In this document: piece after piece, positions 62,512 to 64,000 of the stretch | How the letters are laid out: each line of letters begins with the position of its first letter | How positions within the stretch are numbered: the first letter of the stretch is position 1 | Assembly (NCBI GenBank): GCA_036381615.1 | Contig: DASVCL010000078.1 | Span: 5,860 to 69,859, forward strand | DNA length: 64,000 nt | From: Alphaproteobacteria bacterium | GTDB lineage: Bacteria > Pseudomonadota > Alphaproteobacteria > CACIAM-22H2 | Reading direction: 5' to 3' | Position numbers and translations under genes: made by a program | Notes under the pieces: model-generated | What the model was told of the DNA's origin: nothing | Seen by the model: only the letters and a program-made list of their open reading frames with translations | Database searches by the model: none

Positions 62512-62979
62512 ATGCGACAACCCAATTCCGAGATCAGCCTCGGCATGCTCCTGCACGACGTCGCGCGGCTTACGCGCAAGCGGTTCGAGCAGCGGGCGCG
62601 CACCGAGGCGCTCGGCCTGACGCGGTCCCAGGCCGCCGTGCTCGCGCAGCTTTCGCGCAACGAGGGCATCAACCAGGCCGCGCTGGCGCAGATCCTGGAA
62701 ATCGAACCGATCACGCTCGTGCGCCTGCTCGACAAGCTCGAGTCGCTCGGCATGGTCGAGCGACGCCCCGATCCGCGCGACCGCCGCGCGCATACCCTTC
62801 ACCTGACCGCCGCCGCCCGGCCGATGCTCTCGCGCATCCGCGCGGTGGGCGCCAAGGTGGTGGACGAGGCGCTCGCCGGCGTGCCGCAGGACCGGCGCGA
62901 CGCGTTCCGCGAGACCCTGCTGGCGATGAAGGCCAACCTTACCGAGGACATCGAGACGCGGAGCACGGCCAATGGCTGA
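62512..62979 (+). CDS. MarR-family transcriptional regulator
   Basis: LGLTRSQAAVLAQLSRNEGINQAALAQILEIEPITLVRLLDKLESLGMVERRPDPRDRRA. Start re-picked at the ATG at 62512. Confidence 0.88.
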   Translation: MRQPNSEISLGMLLHDVARLTRKRFEQRARTEALGLTRSQAAVLAQLSRNEGINQAALAQILEIEPITLVRLLDKLESLGMVERRPDPRDRRAHTLHLTAAARPMLSRIRAVGAKVVDEALAGVPQDRRDAFRETLLAMKANLTEDIETRSTANG

Positions 62980-64000
62980 CGGCAACATCGTATCCAGCAC
63001 CGACGCCACGGCGACGCGCAGCGAGGTGCCAAGGCGGCGCCTGAGCCTGAAGCGGCTGCGCTGGGCGCTGCTGCTGCTGGGGCCGCTGCTGGTCGTGCTG
63101 ATCGGCGGCTATCTTTACCTCACCGGCGGGCGCTACGTGTCGACCGACAACGCCTACGTCAAGGCCGACAAGCTGACGCTGACCACCGACGTCGCCGGCA
63201 TCGTCGCCGAAGTCGCGGTGCGGGAGAACCAGCAGGTCGCACCGGGCCAGATCCTGTTCCGTCTCGATGACGAGCCGTTCTGGCTCGCGCTCGTCCAGGC
63301 CGAGGCCGAGCTCGCCGCCGTGCGCAACGACATCGAGGCGCAGAAGGCGAACTACCGCGAGAAGCAGGCGCAACTGCAGCTCGCCGAGGCCGACGTGGCG
63401 TTCTTCGAGCGCGAGCACCGGCGGCAGGCCGAGCTCGCCGCCCGCCGCGTCACCGCCGAGGCGCAGCTCGATCAGGCCCGTCACAATCTGGATGCCGCGC
63501 GGCTGCGCGCCGCTTCGACGCGGCAGGAGCTGAACGCGATCGCCGCCAGTCTGGGCGGTGACCCGGACATTCCGGTGGAGGCGCACCCGCGCTATCGCGC
63601 AGCGCTTGCCGCGCGCGACAAGGCGGCGCGGGACCTGAGGCACACGGTGGTCAAGGCCCCGTTCGCCGGGATCGTCACCAACGTGCCGAGCGTGCAGCCC
63701 GGCATGTATCTGGAGGCGTCGGCGCCGGCGTTCAGCCTGGTCGCGACCGACCACGTCTGGATCGAGGCCAACCCGAAGGAGACCGACCTGACCAACGTCC
63801 GTCCCGGGCAGGCGGCGACGGTCACCGTCGATGCCTATCCCGGCACGACATGGCACGGCACCGTCGAAAGCCTGAGCCCGGCGAGCGGCGCGGAGTTCGC
63901 GCTGCTGCCGGCGCAGAACACGACCGGCAACTGGGTCAAGGTCGTGCAGCGCATTCCGGTGCGCATCCGCCTCGACCCCGGCCCCGACATGCCGCCGCTG
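62972..64000 (+). CDS. HlyD/EmrA-family membrane-fusion (efflux adaptor) protein; C-terminus beyond the window edge
   Basis: Absent from the track (runs off the edge). Own translation: MADGNIVSSTDATATRSEVPRRRLSLKRLRWALLLLGPLLVVLIGGYLYLTGGRYVSTDNAYVKADKLTLTTDVAGIVAEVAVRENQQVAPGQILFRLDD... The ATG overlaps the marR 3' end by 8 nt. Confidence 0.85.
   Translation, partial: MADGNIVSSTDATATRSEVPRRRLSLKRLRWALLLLGPLLVVLIGGYLYLTGGRYVSTDNAYVKADKLTLTTDVAGIVAEVAVRENQQVAPGQILFRLDDEPFWLALVQAEAELAAVRNDIEAQKANYREKQAQLQLAEADVAFFEREHRRQAELAARRVTAEAQLDQARHNLDAARLRAASTRQELNAIAASLGGDPDIPVEAHPRYRAALAARDKAARDLRHTVVKAPFAGIVTNVPSVQPGMYLEASAPAFSLVATDHVWIEANPKETDLTNVRPGQAATVTVDAYPGTTWHGTVESLSPASGAEFALLPAQNTTGNWVKVVQRIPVRIRLDPGPDMPPL

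Overview
GC-rich chromosomal segment that looks alphaproteobacterial (Hyphomicrobiales/Rhizobiales-like: GC3-biased codons, CcrM-type GANTC clusters, REP-like CCCTCTCCC...GGGAGAGGG hairpins). I count about 70 densely packed protein genes. I recognised no rRNA, tRNA, CRISPR array, transposase, integrase or phage module. All family calls come from reading the translated ORFs and their motifs; no database search was possible. The leading M of an ORF-track entry is often a GTG or TTG codon, and many track ORFs are spurious antisense frames or N-terminally over-extended. I re-picked starts by checking codons and Shine-Dalgarno (SD) context in the DNA.

Layout, left to right:
- 1-1638: cobS and a J-domain gene.
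- 1752-16966: 18 co-directional minus-strand genes, many with overlapping stop/start codons, faced by a divergent HutC-type GntR gene at 17090. They encode a SuyAB-like split SAF/UxaA lyase; a succinate:quinone-oxidoreductase-like enzyme whose Fe-S and two anchor genes lie about 5 kb from its flavoprotein gene; a TauE/SafE exporter; a TauABC/SsuABC-type ABC importer; a two-subunit Fe-S fumarase/tartrate-dehydratase-like hydro-lyase; a D-2-hydroxyacid dehydrogenase; an Ldh_2 (ComC-family) dehydrogenase; and an acyl-CoA dehydrogenase, family III CoA-transferase and MaoC hydratase.
- 17869-27577: a Liv-type ABC operon with three SDRs, plus an FCD-GntR and a KstD-like flavoprotein.
- 27602-33457: GST, GGT, VOC, CGNR zinc-finger, DUF1772 and DUF4126 genes.
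- 33480-44281: a partial phenylacetate (paa) cluster (paaY, then five unrelated small genes, then paaN and divergent paaG-H-I-J, a gap, paaK).
- 44415-46297: an FAD monooxygenase with a small DUF2783 partner.
- 46346-49024: yajQ and a translationally coupled membrane/holin-X/DUF3618 trio.
- 49270-56312: YihY, an MBL-fold protein and a second Liv-type ABC operon.
- 56506-58924: a Crp-family regulator, RidA and an ACAD-fold monooxygenase.
- 58952-62291: queF, tgt, a small ORF and queA.
- 62512-64000: marR and an emrA-like gene.

The headline candidate is the 1752-17815 super-cluster. I interpret it, as inference only, as a possibly undescribed organosulfonate route in which TCA-cycle-like enzymes process a succinate-analogue sulfonate up to a sulfolactate sulfo-lyase. 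Several perfect palindromes and repeats in intergenic regions give testable operator candidates.
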